This document shows, in pieces, positions 1-7,616 of a stretch of 64,000 bases of DNA. Numbering within the stretch: position 1 is the stretch's first letter; the number at the start of each line of letters is the position of its first letter. The notes beneath the pieces were generated by a model that was not told where the DNA came from, searched no databases, and saw nothing but the letters and a program-made list of their open reading frames with translations. Location of the stretch: positions 7,577 through 71,576 of the IMG/VR virus record IMGVR_UViG_3300001796_000003, one strand, 5' to 3'. This DNA is from a virus. The translations under genes were made by a program, and so were the position numbers.

Positions 1-330
1 CGTCTTGAAGAGACTACTCATGAGCTTGCTGAAAAGCACAACAAGCTTGCTGAAGCAATCGGTAAGGATATTGACGAGTTAGAAGCCAAGCTACGTGAGT
101 TACAGACTAAGCTAGATGAGCCACGCAAGGCCAAGACAGTAGAAGCGTTCTCTGCTCATCCTGCTGATAGTAATAAAGTTCATGACAAGTTGTATTCATA
201 CCTTACAAAGCCGCGAGTTGAGATTTCACCCAATGGGAGAATTGTTATTTCATTTGGGGACGATTGGGAAGACATGGAACGCAGTAACTTTCTTGAAGAT
301 ATTAGAGCACGAGTTATCGCAAGAAAGTAA
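1..330 (+). CDS. hypothetical protein, 5'-truncated by window edge
   Basis: Frame 1 is open from base 1 (RLEETTHELAEKHNKLAEAIGK...) to TAA at 328-330; coiled-coil-like N-part. Not in the ORF track because no start is in view. Confidence 0.75.
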   Translation, partial: RLEETTHELAEKHNKLAEAIGKDIDELEAKLRELQTKLDEPRKAKTVEAFSAHPADSNKVHDKLYSYLTKPRVEISPNGRIVISFGDDWEDMERSNFLEDIRARVIARK

Positions 331-356
331 ACATATAGGCTGTTAGGAAAAATGGC

Positions 357-989
357 ATGGTTAATATATTCTTTGAACTAGATGACCTGCGTCATTACTT
401 GACAACTCGTGGCGTAGACAGTGATACAGTTGAAGCTATAGTAGATAGTGCACATAGAGAAATTGAAGCTACTGTTGAACTACACGGCGAAGAAGCTCTT
501 CAGCAAGCAGTAGAAATCGGTGCTCAGAAGGAATCAGCCGATTTCATCAATCGAGTTCAGTTTAACTCTTTTCATCACGAGATTATGACTAATAACGGGC
601 AGCTTAACTTTGATGAGCCTCCTCGCCCAATGATGCCGTATCTCTTAAAGAACGCTAAGCCTATGAGAGATGGCAGCGGTGTTTACAAGGTGGTACCTGT
701 CGGTAAGTCCGGCACGAAACCGTCTTTTGCAAAAAACATTCAAGATGAGCAGCGTAGAATTTCAGCCGAACGGATTGAGAAGGCTAAAGCCCGGGCACGC
801 AGCATTGCGCCCGCCGGGTCGCAAGCTTACAGAACAGTGACTAGTAAACAAGATCCTACTACCCAGTGGGTGCAGCCTGCAAAAGAGAAAGATTTCTCTG
901 GAGAAGTCTCAGATATCAACCAAAATTTACGGCTCACAATAAGTAACGCCATTAACGATATAATCGACTCCTACAAGGGAATGTACTAA
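357..989 (+). CDS. putative virion neck/head-tail morphogenesis protein
   Basis: 210-aa ORF with AGGA SD upstream, directly before the tail-completion-like gene and sheath; function from position only. Confidence 0.45.
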   Translation: MVNIFFELDDLRHYLTTRGVDSDTVEAIVDSAHREIEATVELHGEEALQQAVEIGAQKESADFINRVQFNSFHHEIMTNNGQLNFDEPPRPMMPYLLKNAKPMRDGSGVYKVVPVGKSGTKPSFAKNIQDEQRRISAERIEKAKARARSIAPAGSQAYRTVTSKQDPTTQWVQPAKEKDFSGEVSDINQNLRLTISNAINDIIDSYKGMY

Positions 990-1637
990 ATGTCATTCGT
1001 AATGCCAGAAGTTGTGATTAGACGAGTTATTGACGATAGCTTTCGTAAGCTACGGATGGATAAGGCTGCCTTCGTTGACATTTTTGCTGACCTTGCGAGA
1101 GATGAACTTGCCACCGAATACGGTGAAAACCACATTGAGCAGATCTGGACCTGGTTCACCACAACCAAAATTCCTGTAATTCAGAGTTGGTCCTTTAACG
1201 TCCAAAAAGTCCCCTGTATTTCAGTTCACTTAGCTAATGAACAGGAAGATGAGCAGAAGGCCGCCATGAATGACTTCGGTGGCGACTTTGATAACACGTA
1301 CAATACAGGTACAGCAGCTTTTTCGGTAATGCTCGATATTGGTTGTCACGCTAATAAAGGTGGAGACCATGTACTATGGCTTTACTATATTTTGGCCTAC
1401 ACGCTCTTTAAGTATAAGCCTGTACTAACTCGACTTGGGTTGCAACTAGGTACTTTTAGTGCTTCTGATTACAGTAAAGACGCAGAGAAGGTTGGCAACA
1501 ATATCTGGACCCGCTGGGTTCGTTATCGCTGCATAACGCAAAGCGATTGGAGCGCAGAAGCTCTCTCTGAGTCTGAACTTAATGTTAATGTTACAATGGG
1601 TAGAATAGGTGATACTGAAGGAGATTTCGATGTCTAA
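990..1637 (+). CDS. putative tail completion/terminator protein
   Basis: 215 aa, starts directly after the previous stop; alternating helix/strand pattern (IPVIQSW..VPCISVHL..VMLDIGCHA..TRWVRYRC) typical of tail-terminator proteins upstream of sheath. Confidence 0.5.
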   Translation: MSFVMPEVVIRRVIDDSFRKLRMDKAAFVDIFADLARDELATEYGENHIEQIWTWFTTTKIPVIQSWSFNVQKVPCISVHLANEQEDEQKAAMNDFGGDFDNTYNTGTAAFSVMLDIGCHANKGGDHVLWLYYILAYTLFKYKPVLTRLGLQLGTFSASDYSKDAEKVGNNIWTRWVRYRCITQSDWSAEALSESELNVNVTMGRIGDTEGDFDV

Positions 1638-1848
1638 ACTGAAGAAGAGCACGCAGGCCGTACAGATTGAGGAGAATATAATTCCAACAGTGGCCTTTAA
1701 TGTTTGGTTTGCTATGCGTGAAAAGCGAATTCCTGCAAGGCATTTACGTGAGATTATCTGGGCTGACTTTAAAGGTCAGGGGCTCTCTAACAATGAGACT
1801 ATTGCTGCCTTTGATGCGGCATTAGTGCGATACGGCGTCAAATTCTAA
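1630..1848 (+). CDS. small hypothetical protein
   Basis: ATG at 1630 (MSKLKKSTQ...) with GGAGA SD, overlapping the upstream gene end; track start 1609 is probably too early. Confidence 0.65.
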   Translation: MSKLKKSTQAVQIEENIIPTVAFNVWFAMREKRIPARHLREIIWADFKGQGLSNNETIAAFDAALVRYGVKF

Positions 1849-1923
1849 ACCTCAATAAGCCATAATTACAGTTGCACCCAGTACATATTTTGAGTTAATC
1901 TGCAAAACTCAACCAAGTGTCGA

Positions 1924-1932
1924 TGTTATAAT
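1924..1932 (+). promoter_or_regulatory. extended -10 promoter element TGTTATAAT
   Basis: Perfect TGnTATAAT in the intergenic region upstream of sheath. Confidence 0.6.
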
Positions 1933-1994
1933 CAAAATCGAAGGATATAGTGGTGTATATCCGCAGATTTTTAACAAGTCTTACAAAGAAGATT

Positions 1995-2003
1995 TGGTAT
2001 AAT
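1995..2003 (+). promoter_or_regulatory. extended -10 promoter element TGGTATAAT (sheath promoter)
   Basis: Perfect TGnTATAAT 25 nt upstream of the sheath ATG; AGGAG SD follows. Confidence 0.7.
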
Positions 2004-2028
2004 TGGGTGTTTTAACTTAGGAGAACTT

Positions 2029-4245
2029 ATGGCTATTTCAGTTTCATTCAACGGCTCAACAATTTATAAGCCGGGTTCATATTCAAAGCGTCAGATTGAC
2101 CTCGGCGGAGGTTTTCCTCTTAGTCCTACTGGACTAATTGCCCTTTTTGGAGAGGCAACCGCTGGGACGCCAGGCGCCGATGTACCCAACATTGCTAACA
2201 ATGTTTTCACTCCGGATCAGCTGCCTACAATCAAGCAGATCTATCGTAGTGGCCCTCTCGTAGACGCTTGTAACTTCCTGTTCGCTCCTGGTGCTGATGG
2301 TGCAATTCCGTCTGGCGCTCAGGCTATCTACATCTACAAGACCAACGCGTCGACTTTGGCATCGCTTGCACTAGCCAACTCTTGGGGTTCAGTCGAAGCT
2401 CGCGAGTTCGGTGCTGGCGGTAACCGTCTTACCTTAACGAATGCTCTTGTGCCTGCAACTTCAGCATCAACGGCATCGAGTGCAACGTTTGATCTCACAG
2501 GTGGTGCTCTCGATACTAAGACTTTAACTCTTCATGTTCAGGGCACTGGAACTGTAAACACATTCACTGTTCCTGCTTCAACTACTACTCGTGCACTTCT
2601 CACGACAGCATTAGCTGCAGGCGGCAACTGGTCCGGCGGCGTTCCTTCTGGTCTCACTTTCACTGTTGGAGGTGCAAGCGATGCGGCGGCCACGTTAACA
2701 ATCGCTCGCGTTGCAACTAGCAATCCTCATCGTGAAGGATACGGTCGCAACTTCCAAATCACCGCTGGTTCCGCGACCGGTGTTGGTTCTGGTACATTCA
2801 AGATTGCTACTGGCCTAGTGGTTGCTAGCTCAGAAGATATGGCGCTTCTTACAGTACAGAACACTCGCGATCTTGTTACTGAAACCGCGACAGTTGGCGG
2901 AAACGTCGTATTAAAGGTTGGTCGTCTCAACGGTACTTCTCCGCAGGTCATTATCGATGCAACGACAATCAGACTAATGAACAACGCGGTTGCTGAGTAT
3001 ACTCTCAACAAGACCGACTTTGATACAGTTCAGCAGGTTGCTGACTTCATTAGTGCCAGCACTGGCGGCAATTGGATGGCGACCGTCGGTAGTGTGCTCT
3101 TTGGTCAGCTTGGCCCGGATGTTCTTGATCGTGTAACAGTTGGTGCTTGGACATCTGTATTAGATGCAAGCAATCTTCCTGCTCAGATTAAGAAGGATGC
3201 AAGCGAGGTAGCGGACTTCTTCGAAGCTTCAAGCAACGTTGAATTAGAGGTTGGTGCAAACTCGTACTGTGGTTTGCCTGAAGCGCTTTCGGCTACATAC
3301 CTCGCGGGTGGCGCTGTTGGTGCAACCAGCACATCGTCAATCGTTGATGCTCTTACGGCTTTCCAGAAAGTGCGTGTTAATGCGGTTGTTCCGTTGTTCT
3401 CGCGTGATGCAACTGATGACAAGGCAGATCTACTCACGGATACTGCGTCAAACTATACGTTGGCGGGTATCCACCAGGCTGTCAAGACTCATTGCAGCTT
3501 AATGCGTACTACTAAGGCTCGCAGTGAGCGTCAGGGTTACTTGTCAATTAAGGACACTTATGTCGCTTGCAAGGAAGCGGCGCAGACGCTTGCTGATGCT
3601 AGCATGCAGTTGCTGATTCAGGATATTAAGCAGAATGACAGCGCTGGCGTAATCAAGTGGTTCCAGCCTTGGGCATTGGCTTGCTTGCTTGCAGGCGCTC
3701 GCGGTGGTTCTCCTGTCGGTCTCCCAATGACCAACAAGTACTTGAACTGCTCTGGTATCCGTCAGACTGCTCAGGCGATGAGCGTTGATGACGCAGACAT
3801 CGTTGAGGATTTTGATCCTGATACACAGTATGAAGATGCGATCCGCAACGGCCTCACGTTCCTAGAACACCCGCAGAACGGCGGCTACCGTGTTGTGGTT
3901 GACAATACCACCTACGGTCGGGATGGCAACTGGGTATACAACCGCGCTCACGTTCTCTACGCAGCTGATATCCTTGAGTACGATTTCCGTACTCAGCTTC
4001 AGAATATCTACGTCGGCGTGAAGAACACGGTATCGGCAGCTGAAGTAGCTGGCACCTGCGACTCGATCCTAGCAACGTACCTCGCTCAGGGCATCACAGT
4101 ATCAACGCCTGACGCCAAGCAAGGTTACAAGCAGTTGTCAGTTCAGATCGTGGGCAACACGATTAATGTGAATGTCACTGCGAAGCTCGTTGAAGGCGTT
4201 GACTTCGTGCTCTCGACGATCAACTTGCAGCGCGTTCAGTCGTAA
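2029..4245 (+). CDS. contractile tail sheath protein
   Basis: 738 aa; N-term (KPGSYS..LIALFGEA..G.P) and C-term (..YRVVVDNTTY..N...V.Y.AD...YD.R..L...YVG..N) match sheath-family patterns; strong SD; followed by a terminator. Confidence 0.93.
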   Translation: MAISVSFNGSTIYKPGSYSKRQIDLGGGFPLSPTGLIALFGEATAGTPGADVPNIANNVFTPDQLPTIKQIYRSGPLVDACNFLFAPGADGAIPSGAQAIYIYKTNASTLASLALANSWGSVEAREFGAGGNRLTLTNALVPATSASTASSATFDLTGGALDTKTLTLHVQGTGTVNTFTVPASTTTRALLTTALAAGGNWSGGVPSGLTFTVGGASDAAATLTIARVATSNPHREGYGRNFQITAGSATGVGSGTFKIATGLVVASSEDMALLTVQNTRDLVTETATVGGNVVLKVGRLNGTSPQVIIDATTIRLMNNAVAEYTLNKTDFDTVQQVADFISASTGGNWMATVGSVLFGQLGPDVLDRVTVGAWTSVLDASNLPAQIKKDASEVADFFEASSNVELEVGANSYCGLPEALSATYLAGGAVGATSTSSIVDALTAFQKVRVNAVVPLFSRDATDDKADLLTDTASNYTLAGIHQAVKTHCSLMRTTKARSERQGYLSIKDTYVACKEAAQTLADASMQLLIQDIKQNDSAGVIKWFQPWALACLLAGARGGSPVGLPMTNKYLNCSGIRQTAQAMSVDDADIVEDFDPDTQYEDAIRNGLTFLEHPQNGGYRVVVDNTTYGRDGNWVYNRAHVLYAADILEYDFRTQLQNIYVGVKNTVSAAEVAGTCDSILATYLAQGITVSTPDAKQGYKQLSVQIVGNTINVNVTAKLVEGVDFVLSTINLQRVQS

Positions 4246-4270
4246 TTCTAATAAATAGAATGAAGAACAG

Positions 4271-4298
4271 AGACCCCGCTGGAAACAGCGGGGTTTTT
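4271..4298 (+). terminator. Rho-independent terminator
   Basis: AGACCCCGCTG-GAAA-CAGCGGGGTTT then TT; GNRA loop and U-tract after sheath. Confidence 0.9.
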
Positions 4299-4311
4299 GT
4301 ATAATTTGTAC

Positions 4312-4638
4312 ATGGGAATCGTCAAAGCTAAAGTATGGATATCTGCGCCTGTATCTGTAGGTGTAGAATACTCTTTTGCTGTAGAGATTGAGTCGCCCGT
4401 GGCTATGCCAATAAAGACTTATCGAATAACTCTGTATGAGGTTTTATCGCGAACCTATTCTAAGGTCGAATCTACTAAAGTAATATTAAACATACTAGCC
4501 GAAAGAGTACTCAACGACTATAATGCGTGTATCGAAGACTCTCCGATTTTAGATATGTTTGAACATCCTGATAGATATGAAAAATGTTCATCGATTCAGT
4601 TCGAAAGAACGTTTGCTACTCTAGAACACACCTTCTAA
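4312..4638 (+). CDS. hypothetical protein (moron-like insertion between sheath and tube)
   Basis: ATG at 4312 lies 6 nt after TATAAT (4300-4305); AT-rich; no recognisable domain. Confidence 0.6.
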   Translation: MGIVKAKVWISAPVSVGVEYSFAVEIESPVAMPIKTYRITLYEVLSRTYSKVESTKVILNILAERVLNDYNACIEDSPILDMFEHPDRYEKCSSIQFERTFATLEHTF

Positions 4639-4639
4639 G

Positions 4640-4712
4640 TCAGGGATGAGAATCTTGCAATCTCAACCTCTCGCTCCCAAAGCGAGCGCTCTTCTTTTGG
4701 AGCTAATCCCTG
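4640..4712 (-). tRNA. tRNA-Pro(TGG), non-canonical D/T loops, CCA not encoded
   Basis: Minus strand reads CAGGGAT TA GCTC CAAAAGAA GAGC G CTCGC TTTGGGA GCGAG AGGTT GAGAT TGCAAGA TTCTC ATCCCTG A: 7-bp acceptor, 4-bp D stem, 5-bp anticodon stem with U33-UGG-G37, C1:G72 and A73 Pro identity elements; TATAAT 7 nt upstream. Confidence 0.8.
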
Positions 4713-4719
4713 GTGATCC

Positions 4720-4725
4720 ATTATA
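4720..4725 (-). promoter_or_regulatory. -10 element for the tRNA
   Basis: ATTATA on plus strand = TATAAT on minus strand, 7 nt before tRNA position 1. Confidence 0.7.
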
Positions 4726-4750
4726 CTCGTGTACCTGTTGGGCAAAAGCG

Positions 4751-4759
4751 TGTTACTAT
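4751..4759 (+). promoter_or_regulatory. extended -10 element TGTTACTAT (tube promoter), divergent from the tRNA promoter
   Basis: TGnTAnnnT upstream of the tube gene, which needs its own promoter because of the sheath terminator. Confidence 0.5.
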
Positions 4760-4812
4760 GTTAAAGTAGTCAAATTCAAGGTACGCCAGAACCGAACTGG
4801 CAGGAGAATACA

Positions 4813-5370
4813 ATGGCAGGCAAGATCCCTTCTTTCGTAACGGGTGCTACAGCAAAAATTAAGGCGGGCGGCAGAACGTTCGCGTATGCGCAGGATGTTT
4901 CGTATCGTGTTGCAGTCGACACTATCCCAGTTGAGACGATGGGGCGATATGAGGCTGTCACCAATGAACCGGTAAACTACTCTGTTGCCGGCGAATTGTC
5001 GATCGTTCGCTATACCAGAGTAGCACAACAGAATGGTTTGCAGGGCGCTAGCTCGGGCGGTAACGGCCTTGGCAATGTTACTTGGGCTGGTCAGTCAGGT
5101 CCTGGTGCTATTGGTTCGGCACACTTCGATCCTAGCAACCTCATTGTATCTCAGACTTGGGATCTTGAGGTCTTCCAGAAGATCAACGCGGGTTATAACG
5201 CGGGTCCGGATGACGTCTCACTGATGAAGATCACTGATTGTCGCTTCAACAACAAGTCAGCAGGTCTTAACAAGCGCGGTATTCTCGTAGAGCGTATGTC
5301 TTTCGTTGGTATCCTCGCAAGCGACGATAGCTTCACGGCCGGTAACTCAGGTAACAACGACCTAGAGTAA
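4813..5370 (+). CDS. major tail tube protein
   Basis: 185 aa after sheath; tube-like pattern (VTGATAKIKAGG...QDVSY...IPVETMGRYE...VNYSV.GELSI); strong AGGAG SD; own terminator. Confidence 0.8.
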   Translation: MAGKIPSFVTGATAKIKAGGRTFAYAQDVSYRVAVDTIPVETMGRYEAVTNEPVNYSVAGELSIVRYTRVAQQNGLQGASSGGNGLGNVTWAGQSGPGAIGSAHFDPSNLIVSQTWDLEVFQKINAGYNAGPDDVSLMKITDCRFNNKSAGLNKRGILVERMSFVGILASDDSFTAGNSGNNDLE

Positions 5371-5390
5371 AATGTAGTTGTTCGAGATGG

Positions 5391-5422
5391 AAAGGGGAGC
5401 TAGCAATAGCTCCCCTTTTTCT
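5391..5422 (+). terminator. Rho-independent terminator (possibly bidirectional)
   Basis: AAAGGGGAGCTA-GCAA-TAGCTCCCCTTT followed by further T's. Confidence 0.9.
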
Positions 5423-5450
5423 TTAAGTGATTGCGGCCTATAATAGTGTT

Positions 5451-6131
5451 ATGGCCGGAATTAAACCCACTTTTGTTACTGGAGCTAATGCCAAAATTCG
5501 TCTGAATGGCAAAACGCTCGCTTTTTGTCAGGATTTTAGTTGTTCAATTCAAGTTGTGACTCGAGTTCCGAAGGTGTTAGGCAAGTATGAAGGCGATTCG
5601 ATTGAGCCTATGGCATATGCTGTTTCTGGCTCTTTCACGGTAATTCGATATGCTAAGGGCATCAGAAAAGCTCTTGGCGATGGTGCATATCCTCAAGGTC
5701 TGGCAGAGAACGACGCCGGCAACGGCGTCGGCAATTGGGGCACTCAGTGGGGTGGATCTTTCGGCGACTTCTTGTCGCGCAATGGTATTGGCAATGACGG
5801 TCGCGCGCACGAGGCATTAGACCCAAGTAAGTTTGGAACCGGAACCACATTCGACATTCAGGTTTATCAGAAGGTTCCTAAGAGCGCAGGAACACCACAA
5901 GGTAGTGTTCTTCGCGATATTACAGATGCACTAACCGGCGATAATCCTTTTGCCAATACTCCTGGCGATACCACTGCAGTAGACTATTTGGGTGTTTTGA
6001 ACATCAAGAAAGCTCGCATTACACAAGCAGATTTTAGTCTCAGCAAGCGCGGCGCAGCTATTGAGCGATTTTCCTTTGTTGCATTGTATGTTGATGGTGA
6101 TGGATTCGTTGCCAATGCGAGTGGAACCTAA
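5451..6131 (+). CDS. tail tube-like protein 2
   Basis: Paralogous to 4813 (FVTGANAKIRLNGKTLAFCQDFS...LGKYE...Y.VSG.F.V.RY); ATG 6 nt after TATAAT. Confidence 0.75.
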   Translation: MAGIKPTFVTGANAKIRLNGKTLAFCQDFSCSIQVVTRVPKVLGKYEGDSIEPMAYAVSGSFTVIRYAKGIRKALGDGAYPQGLAENDAGNGVGNWGTQWGGSFGDFLSRNGIGNDGRAHEALDPSKFGTGTTFDIQVYQKVPKSAGTPQGSVLRDITDALTGDNPFANTPGDTTAVDYLGVLNIKKARITQADFSLSKRGAAIERFSFVALYVDGDGFVANASGT

Positions 6132-6745
6132 TGCCAGCCGGATTTAACAACATACCAAACACTGATACACAGGTTGTCGAGAACTTACTAAGCGGCAATC
6201 TTGGCGGTATTTTCTCTACACGGGCTAGCGCTAAATATGTGAGCGGTGCGCGGTGTATTCTGCGCATCAACAGTAGACCAGTTGGTTTCGCATTTGGGGT
6301 CTCTTGGCGGATAGATACTGAATACACGGAAATTGAAACAATCGACAATATTGAGCCCGAAGAACTAGCTCCTAAGAAAATTAAAGTATCTGGCTCTATT
6401 TCAGCCTTACATATTCCGGGTAGAGGTCCAGGTGCTCAACTCTGGCAAGGTGACTCCCTAAGCTTTCTATTTCACCAGTACATTACAATCGAAGTTCGAG
6501 ATTCAGTTACTAATCAACTACTTTTCTTTGCTCCTAGAGCTGCCGTCATAAGTCGTCAGGAAGAGATTCGGGCCGATGACATGGCAAATATCTCCCTGAA
6601 TTTCGTCGCGATCGGATTCAAAGATGAGAAGCAGCCTGGTATCCCTACTGGCGCAGACACACTAAATAAACAGTCTCCTCATGGTGATATTCAGTCGGAA
6701 GCAACGAGCGCACACGATCCTAGTTCTAGTCGGATACCTGGCTAA
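6131..6745 (+). CDS. tail tube-like protein 3
   Basis: Same fold signature (YVSGARCILRINSRPVGFAFGVSWRI...EIETIDN..PEEL.P..I.VSG.I); coupled to the previous stop (TAATG). Confidence 0.7.
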   Translation: MPAGFNNIPNTDTQVVENLLSGNLGGIFSTRASAKYVSGARCILRINSRPVGFAFGVSWRIDTEYTEIETIDNIEPEELAPKKIKVSGSISALHIPGRGPGAQLWQGDSLSFLFHQYITIEVRDSVTNQLLFFAPRAAVISRQEEIRADDMANISLNFVAIGFKDEKQPGIPTGADTLNKQSPHGDIQSEATSAHDPSSSRIPG

Positions 6746-6793
6746 ATAACTATTTCATAAGTATAATGCCGTTAGCACACTTTCGGAGAACAT

Positions 6794-7189
6794 ATGGATC
6801 TACCTATCACCCAATCAGTTTTTGATTTTGAAATTACTAGCGAATTAGGAAAGAAGTACGACGGCCAGTTTGCAGTTCACTGTGTACTAAGCATGCGCCA
6901 GAAGCACGCCTTAGAACTTGAAAAGACTCGTCTGTTGGGCAATTTCGCCAGCCCCACTGATGAATTGGCTGGCATCGCTGTCATCCTTTCTAATCTCCGC
7001 GCTCGCATCATCACTGGTCCATCATGGTGGGAACAGAGTGACGGTGGGTACAATATTGCTGACATTGATGTACTTACGGCGCTCTATAATAGAGTGATTC
7101 AGGCAGAGACCGAATGGCGAAACAAGCTCAAAGAGAAGACCAAGAAGGCTCAGGAAGCAGTGGCGAACCCGGCCTCATCGAATCCGTAA
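6794..7189 (+). CDS. tail assembly chaperone (gpG-like)
   Basis: 131 aa between tube genes and tape measure; GGAG SD. Confidence 0.7.
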   Translation: MDLPITQSVFDFEITSELGKKYDGQFAVHCVLSMRQKHALELEKTRLLGNFASPTDELAGIAVILSNLRARIITGPSWWEQSDGGYNIADIDVLTALYNRVIQAETEWRNKLKEKTKKAQEAVANPASSNP

Positions 7190-7614
7190 GGTTAATAGCA
7201 GCTTACAACGCTAGAGCTCCTCTCACGTCTGAGTACCAGATGACTCTTTTTCTAAAGAGTTGGTGGTCTACTCATTACAACCGTCCGTTGAAAGACCCAC
7301 TCCTCGAGAGCTACACTTTCGAGGAGTTGTTGTATGAATTCTTCGATAAGAGTGAGCGACAAAAGGCTTCTGAAGAAAACGTTGTCAAAGAAACTGATAA
7401 AATGGAAGAAGCCAAGGAAAAAGAGGTACTTGACTGGGCTGAAGAGGAAGAGAAAAAGGAACTGGAAGAATTGAAGCGTGCTGCCGAGAAGATCAAAGAT
7501 CCCGCGAAAGACCCGCAGAACATACAGTGGATGAATGATCAGATGGAGAAATACAAGGAAGCATACGGAGAGTCTTTTGGTGAAGATATTGAAGAATCAT
7601 TTGATGGGGAATAA
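7114..7614 (+). CDS. tail assembly chaperone extension (gpT-like), likely expressed by -1 frameshift from 6794
   Basis: Overlaps the 3' end of 6794..7189 in the -1 frame and lies directly before the tape measure, the classic G/GT layout. Confidence 0.6.
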   Translation: MAKQAQREDQEGSGSSGEPGLIESVRLIAAYNARAPLTSEYQMTLFLKSWWSTHYNRPLKDPLLESYTFEELLYEFFDKSERQKASEENVVKETDKMEEAKEKEVLDWAEEEEKKELEELKRAAEKIKDPAKDPQNIQWMNDQMEKYKEAYGESFGEDIEESFDGE

Positions 7615-7616
7615 AC

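Noticed and set aside
7093-7189. Canonical X-XXY-YYZ slippery heptamer
   Set aside because: None found in the overlap; only the single-tRNA CCG/CCC option remains.
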